64,000 nucleotides of DNA from Thermodesulfobacteriota bacterium (GTDB lineage Bacteria; Desulfobacterota; QYQD01). The DNA lies in contig JAVHLC010000002.1 of NCBI GenBank assembly GCA_031082315.1, positions 147,362 through 211,361 of the forward strand. The letters run 5' to 3'. The notes under the pieces were generated by a model. It did not search any database, was not told where the DNA came from, and was given only the letters and a program-made list of their open reading frames with translations. Positions 17,714 through 26,224 of the stretch are shown in pieces (position 1 is the first letter of the stretch; every line of letters starts with the position of its first letter). The translations under genes were made by a program, and so were the position numbers.

Positions 17714-20028
17714 TCTTCGGCGCCTCCTTTAATGGTCGCCAGTCTCTGAGTGAATTCGCCGTAAATGTAATCAAGGTACTCGAAGTCCTCGCTCTTGTAG
17801 TGACGGCTCTCCGTAGGGTGGGCCGGTATTCTTCGCAACTCGTTTACTCTTTCCATCCACCGCACGTTTTTTGAGTAGCCCTTTTCGTTAGGATCGGGGA
17901 TATCAAAAACTGGCTTAAAAAGGGGCCAATGGAGCTTGTTTTCTACTATTTTCTTGTACTCGATAAAATCCAGATAGTTCTCCAAGGGCAGTCGGTCTTC
18001 GTCTTCATCGTCGAGCGACTTCTCGTAGGCACGAGTCTTGATGTTCTTGTCCAGAACACCTTTGTGCCAGTAAGCATCCTTCTCGGTTCCATACTGCTCT
18101 TTGAACTTATCAAATATGTATTTTTGAACAAGGACATTCAATTCCTTCAGTCTGTGGTCCGCAGTGTCGATCAGCTCAGTTGATTGCTCTTGTTCCCATT
18201 CTCCCATGCCTTCAGGCTCGAAATCCGAGAACTGCTGTCTTACTATCCTGCAGAGACGGAAGTAATATTCACGTGGACCACCTGATCCAAATTGAACCTT
18301 GAACTCCTGTTCCATAGCAGTGGGGGATGCTCCCTGCAGCCATCTCAGGATCGGATCAAGATATTCCTCGATCTCTAAGACAAGCTCCTCTGGCGACAGC
18401 TCTCTTGCCATGAGCCCTTTGTTTGGCTCCATATAGGAAATGAGAGACGCAAGAAGTTGCAGGTACGCCTGAAGGGCGACATTGGTGCAGAGGAAGCCTT
18501 GCCGCCCCATCTCCCATTGACTGTGGTTGCTGGACCGTATTAGGCTAAAGTACTGGTTTAGGACACTGCGGGCGTGATCCAGTGTCTCGCTGTCGGAGAC
18601 ACCAGAGAGAGGTCCTGGCGCATACTCCTTTTGTTTAAGAATCGCTCGCCCAAGTAAACCAGAGCGCCGCAGGCCATCCTTGAGCGCCGGCACTGTTAAG
18701 CATGTTTTTTCGGTTGCAGTAATCCCTTGCTGGGTCACTCGACCATATAGAGGCTCACCGATATCGGCATTAAGAATGCCGATCAGTCTCGCACTGATTG
18801 CGCCAACACGCTCCACGGGGACATCCGAACCCCACTTGAGTTCTCCCTCGAGATCGTCAAGAAGTGTTTTTGGCACAGACTTCTGCTCGTGGTTGATCGT
18901 AACGAAGAGGTTCGCCTCTTGTGCCGGGCTGAGGCCCTCAAAGGCTATAACTACGATGTTCTGATTCAGATATTTCTCATCAAGCGGGGCATACCCATAC
19001 AATCTATGCTGGCCGTCAATGATCCACACTGACCGGTAACGGTCCGGCAAATATAGGTACCCATATGTAACCTCGGCCGAATCATCTTTTGCCACAGTAT
19101 CGAAACGCACCTTCCGTGTAAAATTGACAAGTATGTTCGTCGGGAAGAAACCTCCGCCAAGAAGATACTTGCCGATCTGGTGCATTCGAGACCGATTCAC
19201 AAGTCGTTGGTATGTTGGCGCACCATCAGGATCATTCAGTGATCTGTGGTTTACGAAGGCTATCTTGAGAAGCTGCTTCGGAGTGGTAACAAAACAGAAG
19301 AACTTGTGACCGCCAAGCGTTCCACGGATTGCCGGAAGCTTCTGGTTCTGGAGTTCTGGGATTTTCTGGTCTTTGAGAAACTCGGCGAGGAACTGAAACC
19401 GTGCAGCTTTTCTGAGATGATCGGCAATCTGTAAGTAATACCGCAACTCACGTTCTGTTATAATACGGATGTTTTCACCGGCGGCCCGATCCTTATCCTG
19501 CTTCGACCAGATTATGTTCTGTGTTACGAAAAGCCAGATAATCTTTGGCTTGAAGTCAGCGCCATAGTGTTTTTTGATGGAGTCTGCCAAGTATCCCTTA
19601 AGATTGGCAAACTCCTCGATGTCCTTCTGAAGGCTTCTCCGTTTAAGGCTCTCGGATGCTTTGCATTCGGCAACAATTACTGTTTCTTCATCTTTGGCGA
19701 AAACATCAATTTGTTTTCGTATCGGATCAGCGCCCTTCCGGTCGATCCTGACTGTGAAGTTCCGGCCCGCATTAAGTTCATGATACCCCATAAGGTAAAG
19801 AAGCAGCCAAAGCCGATTCTCTAACTGCGTATCAAATGGTCGTGCTCGCTTGAGGCAAGTTTTACGCTTAAGTTCTCTGTCCAGCACCCATCCGTCTGCC
19901 AAGAAACCCTCGACCTCAGCTTTTGAGACAGAGATCTGGTCAAACAGGCTGCGTCTCTTTGCTGCTTCTCTGCCAATGCGAGATGAATCCGTCAACAGTG
20001 ACTCGAGTATTACTGCATTCTCGGTCAT
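17710..20028 (-). CDS. DGQHR-domain protein with N-terminal PD-(D/E)xK nuclease-like domain and C-terminal Swt1-like HEPN domain
   Basis: LEN...QIDVF...AECK; YQR...FFP...IIDGQHRL...FVTINHEQK; YLDFIEY...LFKPVF...NELRRIPAH (Rx4H); ATGA overlap with the MTase. Confidence 0.85.
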   Translation of the reverse strand: MTENAVILESLLTDSSRIGREAAKRRSLFDQISVSKAEVEGFLADGWVLDRELKRKTCLKRARPFDTQLENRLWLLLYLMGYHELNAGRNFTVRIDRKGADPIRKQIDVFAKDEETVIVAECKASESLKRRSLQKDIEEFANLKGYLADSIKKHYGADFKPKIIWLFVTQNIIWSKQDKDRAAGENIRIITERELRYYLQIADHLRKAARFQFLAEFLKDQKIPELQNQKLPAIRGTLGGHKFFCFVTTPKQLLKIAFVNHRSLNDPDGAPTYQRLVNRSRMHQIGKYLLGGGFFPTNILVNFTRKVRFDTVAKDDSAEVTYGYLYLPDRYRSVWIIDGQHRLYGYAPLDEKYLNQNIVVIAFEGLSPAQEANLFVTINHEQKSVPKTLLDDLEGELKWGSDVPVERVGAISARLIGILNADIGEPLYGRVTQQGITATEKTCLTVPALKDGLRRSGLLGRAILKQKEYAPGPLSGVSDSETLDHARSVLNQYFSLIRSSNHSQWEMGRQGFLCTNVALQAYLQLLASLISYMEPNKGLMARELSPEELVLEIEEYLDPILRWLQGASPTAMEQEFKVQFGSGGPREYYFRLCRIVRQQFSDFEPEGMGEWEQEQSTELIDTADHRLKELNVLVQKYIFDKFKEQYGTEKDAYWHKGVLDKNIKTRAYEKSLDDEDEDRLPLENYLDFIEYKKIVENKLHWPLFKPVFDIPDPNEKGYSKNVRWMERVNELRRIPAHPTESRHYKSEDFEYLDYIYGEFTQRLATIKGGAEE

Positions 20029-20389
20029 ATTCGTTACCCCTCAGTACGGCGGCGAATCTTATATAGATTCCACTTTTATCATCAAAACTCGTATATCTTA
20101 GTGATCATATTATAATTTAGATAGTGAACGTCTATAAAATTATAACTTATTATTTTACTGATAGCTCAAGCCCCTTTCTCTCTGGCGCCCTGCTCTTTGG
20201 CCATCTATTTCCCTGGTTTAATTACCTGAACGGCTCGTTTACTATAAATCCGGCAGAAATCAGCCAGCCTGTTTATTAGGATTAAATGAACCTGGCAAGG
20301 AATATCACGAAAAGAAATGGATGGTCAAGGAGATTTGCTGCGGCAACTATTTGAAGGCAAGGCGTGGAGAAGGCGGCTGCCTGGAGACG

Positions 20390-21163
20390 TCAGTATCTGA
20401 AGTGTTTGATCTGCTCACCCTTTTCTCCAATCTCCATCATCGCTTCAATCCCAATCTGGAGGTGCATTTCGGACCACTGCGCAGTCACGCGTTCGTCCAA
20501 TTCCTCTGTCTTGACCCCCTCAGGTGTAAGCGGAAGGTCAGATACAAGGAGGAGTGCGCCCCGGGCGATCTCGTTATAGTGGCCCACAATGAAGAACGTC
20601 GCTGTTTCCATATCAATGGCTATACAGGTCATTTGCTTAAGCCGATCCTGGAAACGCTGGTCGTGTTCCCACAGGCGACGATTTGTCGTGTAAACTACCC
20701 CGGTCCGGTATTCATGCCCGTGCTCCAAAATCTTTTCAGAGACGAACTTATGTAGCTTGAAGGACGGAAGCGCAGGCACTTCAGGCGGGAAATAGTCGTT
20801 GCTGGTGCCTTCGCCCCTTATGGCCGCGATTGGGAGGATGAAGTTGCCAATCTCGGTCGACTTCTTCAACCCTCCGCATTTGCCGAGAAACAACGCTCCC
20901 TTGGGGTGGCGGGCGCTGAGCAAATCCGTTATGGTCGCAACGTTGGCCGTTCCGATGCCGAAGTGGACGATCGTCAGACCGCTGCTGTTGGTCGCAGCCT
21001 GCATCGGCTTGTTGTCCCCGTATATGTCGCATTTGAACTTTTCGGCAAAGTTCGTGAGGTAGTACCGGAAGTTGGTCAGAAGGATATAGTCGCCGAAAAG
21101 ATCGAGGGGCATTCCGGTATAACGGGGGAGCCAGCACTTGGCGATCTCAAGTCGCTCAAGCAT
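20390..21163 (-). CDS. amn: AMP nucleosidase, short (Bacteroidota-like) type
   Basis: WLPRYTG, YILLTNF, LFLGKCGGL, AAIRGEGTSNDY, TTNRRLWEHD, DMETAT; AAGGAGG RBS before the ATG at 21163. Confidence 0.9.
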   Translation of the reverse strand: MLERLEIAKCWLPRYTGMPLDLFGDYILLTNFRYYLTNFAEKFKCDIYGDNKPMQAATNSSGLTIVHFGIGTANVATITDLLSARHPKGALFLGKCGGLKKSTEIGNFILPIAAIRGEGTSNDYFPPEVPALPSFKLHKFVSEKILEHGHEYRTGVVYTTNRRLWEHDQRFQDRLKQMTCIAIDMETATFFIVGHYNEIARGALLLVSDLPLTPEGVKTEELDERVTAQWSEMHLQIGIEAMMEIGEKGEQIKHFRY

Positions 21164-21369
21164 GGGCAAGTGCCTCCTTAACGCTCACACACCAAGGGGA
21201 TTCCATGATTGTTTATCGTAGCAGATAAAGAATCTTTTGTCCCGCCATTTTCGCCCATCGGCCTCTGGCTCAAAGGGAAGGTGGCGTCCTCCGTCTTCGG
21301 CCGACCTGGCGGCGTCTGCCCCCGGGGCGGGAGCGATAGGATGGAATGACTTACTCCGCGTAGATTTAT

Positions 21370-22170
21370 TTAATTTATATAGCTGTGCAGGCCGGAGAGA
21401 AGGAAATTGACGCCAAAATACGTAAAGAGCACTGATACAAAGCCGCCAATGGAGAGCAGGGCGATCTTTTTGCCATGCCACCCGCGCAGACGGACATGAA
21501 GAATGATCGCATAGACGAACCACGTAATCAGAGACCAGGTTTCTTTAGGGTCCCATTGCCAGTAGGCCCCCCAGGCCGAGTGTGCCCAGATGGAACCGGT
21601 TGCGATGCCGGCGGTAAGAAACAGAAAACCAAAGACAATCACCCGATAGTTAAGGGTATCCAGGTCTTTTTTGTCATCGGATCTTTTAAACAGGTATGCT
21701 ATGCTCAGGCCACAGGAAACAGCGAATGCGCCATAACCAATAAAGCAGGTGATGACATGGGCAATGAGCCAGTTGCTCTGCAAGGCCGGGACAAGCGGTT
21801 CAATGCGGCTTGAAATAGTCGGTGAAAACGAGGCGTAGGCCAGACCAAGGAAGGCAAAAGGTACGGTGAACACGCCTGCGTGGGCGAGTTTATACTTATA
21901 TTCAGCAATAAAATGGATCAAAATTATTGCCCAGGCAAAGAAGACCAGGGACTCATAAAAATTGGCAAATGGGGCATGGCCGATCCCGAGGTTGTGGGAT
22001 TCAACCCAGCGTAAAATAATAGCAGCGGTATGTGCAACAAAGGTGCCTATAGTGACAACCGAAGCGATCCTCTGGCCGATTTTTGTCTTAAAGATCAGGG
22101 CGCTCAGATAAAATATCACTGCCGCAAGATAGCTGAACGTTACGACAGCGAGAATTTTCGAACTCAGCAT
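21370..22170 (-). CDS. ccsA: Cytochrome c biogenesis protein CcsA/ResC (system II heme lyase)
   Basis: GHAPF.N.YESL, PALQSNWL..HV, WWD motif WAHSAWGAYWQWDPKETWS, GLHSY. Confidence 0.95.
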   Translation of the reverse strand: MLSSKILAVVTFSYLAAVIFYLSALIFKTKIGQRIASVVTIGTFVAHTAAIILRWVESHNLGIGHAPFANFYESLVFFAWAIILIHFIAEYKYKLAHAGVFTVPFAFLGLAYASFSPTISSRIEPLVPALQSNWLIAHVITCFIGYGAFAVSCGLSIAYLFKRSDDKKDLDTLNYRVIVFGFLFLTAGIATGSIWAHSAWGAYWQWDPKETWSLITWFVYAIILHVRLRGWHGKKIALLSIGGFVSVLFTYFGVNFLLSGLHSYIN

Positions 22171-22188
22171 GGCCGTCCGTTTCCCCTT

Positions 22189-23559
22189 TTATTTTATATC
22201 GGCTTTCTGGAGTCGCAGGTAGAGATTATCAAGCCTTTCTTCCAGCCCCAGTTTGTTTTTATTTGTCTGGCCGCCGATGGTAACCGTTGTCCCCTCGCCT
22301 TTTTTCTCCAGCACAGCCCATATCTTACGGTGTGACATGAAAAAGGTCACGGCAATTCCCAATACCATTAATATACTGCCGGCCCAGACAAAGAGGATGC
22401 CCGGTTCCTTGGCTACCTGGAGGCCGGTGTAGAAACCTTCCCTTACCTCGGTTACGAGAAATCGGTACGGTAATTTCTTGGCCCGTCCAAAGTCCGGGTT
22501 GTTTTTGAATATCCAAAGGTCGGTTTGTCCTCCATCGGGTCTGGTCAACAGCATCTGAACCGCGGGGCCCATATCCATCACATTCGGCTCAACCCGTAAT
22601 GAACGAAGAGTACCCAGCCCATCAGGCAAAATGGCCTCCTGGCCGAATGGAACAGAAAGCGGAATGATTTTCCCGCTGCTTTTATCAACCAGATTAAGTT
22701 CAATCGTCTTTGGGAAGCGACCGTAAGAGGCCTGATAAAAAGTGATACCTCTGTACGTAAGGGGCTGGTTGACCCGGATGTTGCCGTTCAAAACCGGCTT
22801 CCCGTTTTCGATAATGGTTATGTCGCTGCGGTAATCCCTTGGTTCGCCGGTGGGATAAAACTGGGCCTCAAACTTATCAACGCGGAGGGCAAAGCCCAGA
22901 TTATAGCCTACGTTAGTATTAGGCAGGGGAACCTGTTCCACCACCGCCCCTTCCGGCAGATTAATGCTGGTCATGAACCCGCCCAGAGAGCTCGCTATCC
23001 CGGCAATATAGAAAATAACGACGCTAAGATGCACGACATAGACCCCGAGACGGGATAATCTTCCCTTTTCCCGCCAGAGAATTGTTGTTGAGCCGGTGGT
23101 AGTCTCGTTCAGATCGCCCAGCCTACCTGAAAGAATGGGCAAGAGCGCGGCCTTAACCACGGAAGGGTTCGCTTTATATTTTAAGGCCCTCGTCCCTGGA
23201 CTGGCCAGGACAGCGTTTTCGTTAAGCCTCTTTTCTTTTGGGAAAACAATATCCCAGACATGCCGGAGCCTGTCCGTAGTACAGACAATCAGGTTCAGCG
23301 CCAGGAGAAGGAGAAGGAGTCTAAACCACCCCGAATGATAGAGGTCCAGCAGAGACAACGAATCCAAAAGCTGGTAAGTGCCATACCCATACCGCTGAAC
23401 ATACATGGCGGGAGGCTCATTTTGAGGGATAAGCGTCCCGACAATAGAGCTTACCGCGAGAAATATAAGTAAGAATATGGTGAGGTTAACTGAAGCGAGA
23501 GATTTCCAGAAAGGTTGTTTTTTTTCGGGTGGCGCTGGGAGGCTGTTTTCCGGCTTCAT
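22189..23559 (-). CDS. resB: Cytochrome c biogenesis protein ResB/CcsB
   Basis: SIVGTLIPQ, YHSGWF, LNLIVCT, GVYVVHLS, IRVNQPLTYRGITFYQASY, TGLQVAKEPG. Confidence 0.93.
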   Translation of the reverse strand: MKPENSLPAPPEKKQPFWKSLASVNLTIFLLIFLAVSSIVGTLIPQNEPPAMYVQRYGYGTYQLLDSLSLLDLYHSGWFRLLLLLLALNLIVCTTDRLRHVWDIVFPKEKRLNENAVLASPGTRALKYKANPSVVKAALLPILSGRLGDLNETTTGSTTILWREKGRLSRLGVYVVHLSVVIFYIAGIASSLGGFMTSINLPEGAVVEQVPLPNTNVGYNLGFALRVDKFEAQFYPTGEPRDYRSDITIIENGKPVLNGNIRVNQPLTYRGITFYQASYGRFPKTIELNLVDKSSGKIIPLSVPFGQEAILPDGLGTLRSLRVEPNVMDMGPAVQMLLTRPDGGQTDLWIFKNNPDFGRAKKLPYRFLVTEVREGFYTGLQVAKEPGILFVWAGSILMVLGIAVTFFMSHRKIWAVLEKKGEGTTVTIGGQTNKNKLGLEERLDNLYLRLQKADIK

Positions 23560-23705
23560 GTCATTGTATCTCAGAGGGTTATTAAGGTGTCATAACTAAC
23601 GGAAATCCTGTAAAGACTACCCAAAAACAGTCCATTCATTAACATCCCTGTCCCCCGCTTGTCAAGGATTTTATAGCCTCCACTGCTTACGGTTGACACC
23701 ATCCC

Positions 23706-23736
23706 AAAAAGAAAGGCGACCTAATGGTCGCCTTTC
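23706..23736 (-). terminator. Intrinsic terminator after the dodecaheme genes
   Basis: GAAAGGCGACC-N4-GGTCGCCTTTC stem with T-tract on the minus strand. Confidence 0.75.
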
Positions 23737-23760
23737 CAGGTTTATCTCCTGATATTACCC

Positions 23761-24684
23761 TTACCTGGGCATAGCGTGGGCAGTATTATGGCAGTCACCA
23801 CACTTTTTGAAGCCCTTAAGCAAAGTCGGACTATGCGGCTGGCCATGGCAGGCCTCGCACTGGATAATATCCCGATGTTTGGGATGGCATTTGGCACAAC
23901 TTAGTTGATCGTGCTTGGACTGGCTCTTCTGGAGATCCTGCAGGGCCTTGGGATGGCATGCCCCACAGGTATCGCGTGGTGTTTCGAGCGGATACGTGAT
24001 CACCAGTGGCATGTGCACCGGGTGGCAGCTTAAGCACTCGGCATTGGTCTGGGTCGGTGTATGCGGTGAATGACAATCGGCACAAACCGGAATATGACGG
24101 TGCACGGTATGGCAGTCGGAACACGCCACGTCTGTATGTTTACTCTTATGGGTCTTAAGCTCGTCGGCTACCTTGCCGTGACAGGTGGAACATCCGGCAT
24201 CCATGTCCGGGCCGGCCATCTTGCCCGTCGGCGCATGTGGGTTGGCGTGGCAGGCAGCGCAGTTAGCCAGTTTATCACCGTGAGCCAGTCCGTGACAGGT
24301 GTTGCATTTAGGCATAATGTCTTCGTATTTGACCTTGTCCGGACGGTACACGTGGTATTTCTCATGACATTTGGTGCAATCGATCTGGTGCTTTCCGCCT
24401 TCATTGCGGATGGTATTGTAATAATACAAATGGCACTGACCGCACTGCTCTGTCTTTAGGGGCGATATCTCCCTTTCATACAGCGGCGCTATCTTGGCCT
24501 TGGCCTTAGCCGGCGCTGCCACTACCGCTGGCGCCTCCGCCGGGGCCGGCATAATAGTTATGGTGCTTTCTCCCGAAATAGTCCCCGGGGCCGGTACCGT
24601 TACTACACGCTGCTCCGCGCAACCCCAAATAACTGCGATAAGCAGTAATACTAACCCCCCAAAGGCTACCAGCAATCTTTTCAT
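23761..24684 (-). CDS. Dodecaheme cytochrome c, probable lipoprotein
   Basis: 12 CxxCH motifs; lipobox-like IWGC followed by a Pro/Ala linker. Confidence 0.92.
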   Translation of the reverse strand: MKRLLVAFGGLVLLLIAVIWGCAEQRVVTVPAPGTISGESTITIMPAPAEAPAVVAAPAKAKAKIAPLYEREISPLKTEQCGQCHLYYYNTIRNEGGKHQIDCTKCHEKYHVYRPDKVKYEDIMPKCNTCHGLAHGDKLANCAACHANPHAPTGKMAGPDMDAGCSTCHGKVADELKTHKSKHTDVACSDCHTVHRHIPVCADCHSPHTPTQTNAECLSCHPVHMPLVITYPLETPRDTCGACHPKALQDLQKSQSKHDQLSCAKCHPKHRDIIQCEACHGQPHSPTLLKGFKKCGDCHNTAHAMPR

Positions 24685-24760
24685 TGTCCACCTCTCATAA
24701 CTAAACCTTGGAGGGGCGCCTTGGGGCGCCCCTTATCGCTTACGTATCAGCCCAAACGGC

Positions 24761-25564
24761 CTATTTCATCAGGGTGTGCGCAGCGCCATGACACTTGCCG
24801 CATTCCGTATATTTTGCATGGATACCGGATGCATGTGGTTTTCCATGACATGCCTCGCAGGGCGGAACTACCTTGTGTTTATCGCGATGGCAATAGGCAC
24901 AGGATAGATCATGATGTTTTGTAGTGTTGGCCTTCAAGTTGTCATAGGCATCATAGTGGCACGCCGCACAGGTCTCTGAGGGTGTATCCATGCCATATTT
25001 GATATCCAGGGGTTTATGCGGTGGATGACAGGTCTTACAGGTCTCAAAGGTCATATCTTTGGTATGCGGGTCGTGGCACTTTAAACAATCGAGGTACTGT
25101 CTGTGCGCCGGGTGACACTTTGAGCAATCTAATAGGGCATGTTTGCTTGGAGAAATCGCCATCTCATTTCCCTGCTGTGGATGGCAGGTGAGACATACCG
25201 GCGTAGTCTTCTCGCCCATCTTGATATCTAACGGGGCATGGGTATCCGCATGGCAGGAAGCGCATTCGGGCAATTCATAGTGAGGTTTACCGGCATGGCA
25301 CATAGCACATTTTGGGATAGACTGTGTTCCCAGCGGCGGATGCTCGGTGTGGCAATCCAAACAACCAATAGCCGTCTTGTGTTTGGCCCCTTTAGAGGCA
25401 ATAGTCTCCGGCTGTTGCGGGTGGCACTTCACGCAATCGCTGTTGGACAGGGACGCCTCTGCAGCAATGGCATTACCAACAGGACCGTTATAATACAAAA
25501 CCGCTGCCATAAGGCCTATGGCCAGAACCGCAAATACAACAAATAGTTCTTTTTTATGAAACAT
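24761..25564 (-). CDS. Dodecaheme cytochrome c, periplasmic, paralogue of the neighbour
   Basis: 12 CxxCH motifs with the same spacing; signal peptide; GGAGG RBS before the ATG at 25564. Confidence 0.92.
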   Translation of the reverse strand: MFHKKELFVVFAVLAIGLMAAVLYYNGPVGNAIAAEASLSNSDCVKCHPQQPETIASKGAKHKTAIGCLDCHTEHPPLGTQSIPKCAMCHAGKPHYELPECASCHADTHAPLDIKMGEKTTPVCLTCHPQQGNEMAISPSKHALLDCSKCHPAHRQYLDCLKCHDPHTKDMTFETCKTCHPPHKPLDIKYGMDTPSETCAACHYDAYDNLKANTTKHHDLSCAYCHRDKHKVVPPCEACHGKPHASGIHAKYTECGKCHGAAHTLMK

Positions 25565-25722
25565 ATAGCGCCCTCCACAAGGGATGAATAGTGATTCAAC
25601 GCAAGCGATGTTAGCATTACGAATAAACCATGTCAAGCATTTAATAGGGGGTTTGTGATAAATTAGGGCCTTGTTGATTATTGGCACCTCACCTCTTGAA
25701 CCTTACTAACTAATTGCTTCGA

Positions 25723-26128
25723 CTACAGTTTCGTCTCGTTCCCCATAACTCCGATATCCAAACAGGAGGAGAGGTTCATTGTTTCTTCAGGGACTGGTGT
25801 TAAATGTAGCCCTCCGATGATGGTAATAATATTCAAGCCAATGGCTTTGATCGCCTCAGCCAGTCGGACGGCCGGGTGTTATAGTAATAGTGGTAGCCGA
25901 TATACACAGATATTTGGGGCCTGATGAGATGACGTATCAGATGTTTTTTAGGGGCAAACACTTGGAACAGGCTTCGCTCACGGTGACCGGATAACGCGCC
26001 TTTCTAAGGCATGAGGCCCGAGAGAGAATCCCGAGGGAAGGGAGTGTGTTGCCAGCACCCGAAAGTGGCCCATAGCGTTCTTCCGGAGAAATCAAGGGAG
26101 ATAAGATTATGTCGGGTAGCCGGTTCAA
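25723..26128 (-). pseudogene. Frameshifted, truncated B12-binding-domain radical SAM gene
   Basis: PEERYGPLSGAGNTLPSLGIL.RASCLRKARY, then in other frames KYLCISATTITI and LAEAIKAIGLNIITIIGGLHLTPVPEETM...DIGVMG; these are cobalamin-binding-domain motifs, with no radical-SAM core. Confidence 0.7.
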
Positions 26129-26155
26129 CGGTAAAACTTAAAAGATATAAGGGGC

Positions 26156-26193
26156 AAAAACAAGGCGGGATGGGTATAGATACCCATCCCGCC
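26156..26193 (-). terminator. Intrinsic terminator after OmcS-like paralogue 2
   Basis: 13-bp stem GGCGGGATGGGTA/TACCCATCCCGCC followed by TTGTTTTT. Confidence 0.8.
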
Positions 26194-26224
26194 CGGGTTA
26201 ATTATCTTATCTTTACAACCAAGA

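Noticed and set aside
17710-20028. Calling the DGQHR gene dndB or dpdB of a canonical phosphorothioate or deazaguanine system
   Set aside because: No dndACDE, dpdA/C or related genes nearby, and the protein has extra nuclease-like and HEPN-like domains.
21185-21369. GC-rich stretch upstream of amn as a riboswitch
   Set aside because: I could not fit any known aptamer consensus or a convincing terminator.
25921-26070. Possible hammerhead (CTGATGA) or class I c-di-GMP riboswitch (GGCAAAC...CTAAG...GCCAG)
   Set aside because: Required GAAA core and stems are missing; the opposite strand explains the region as a B12 radical SAM pseudogene.
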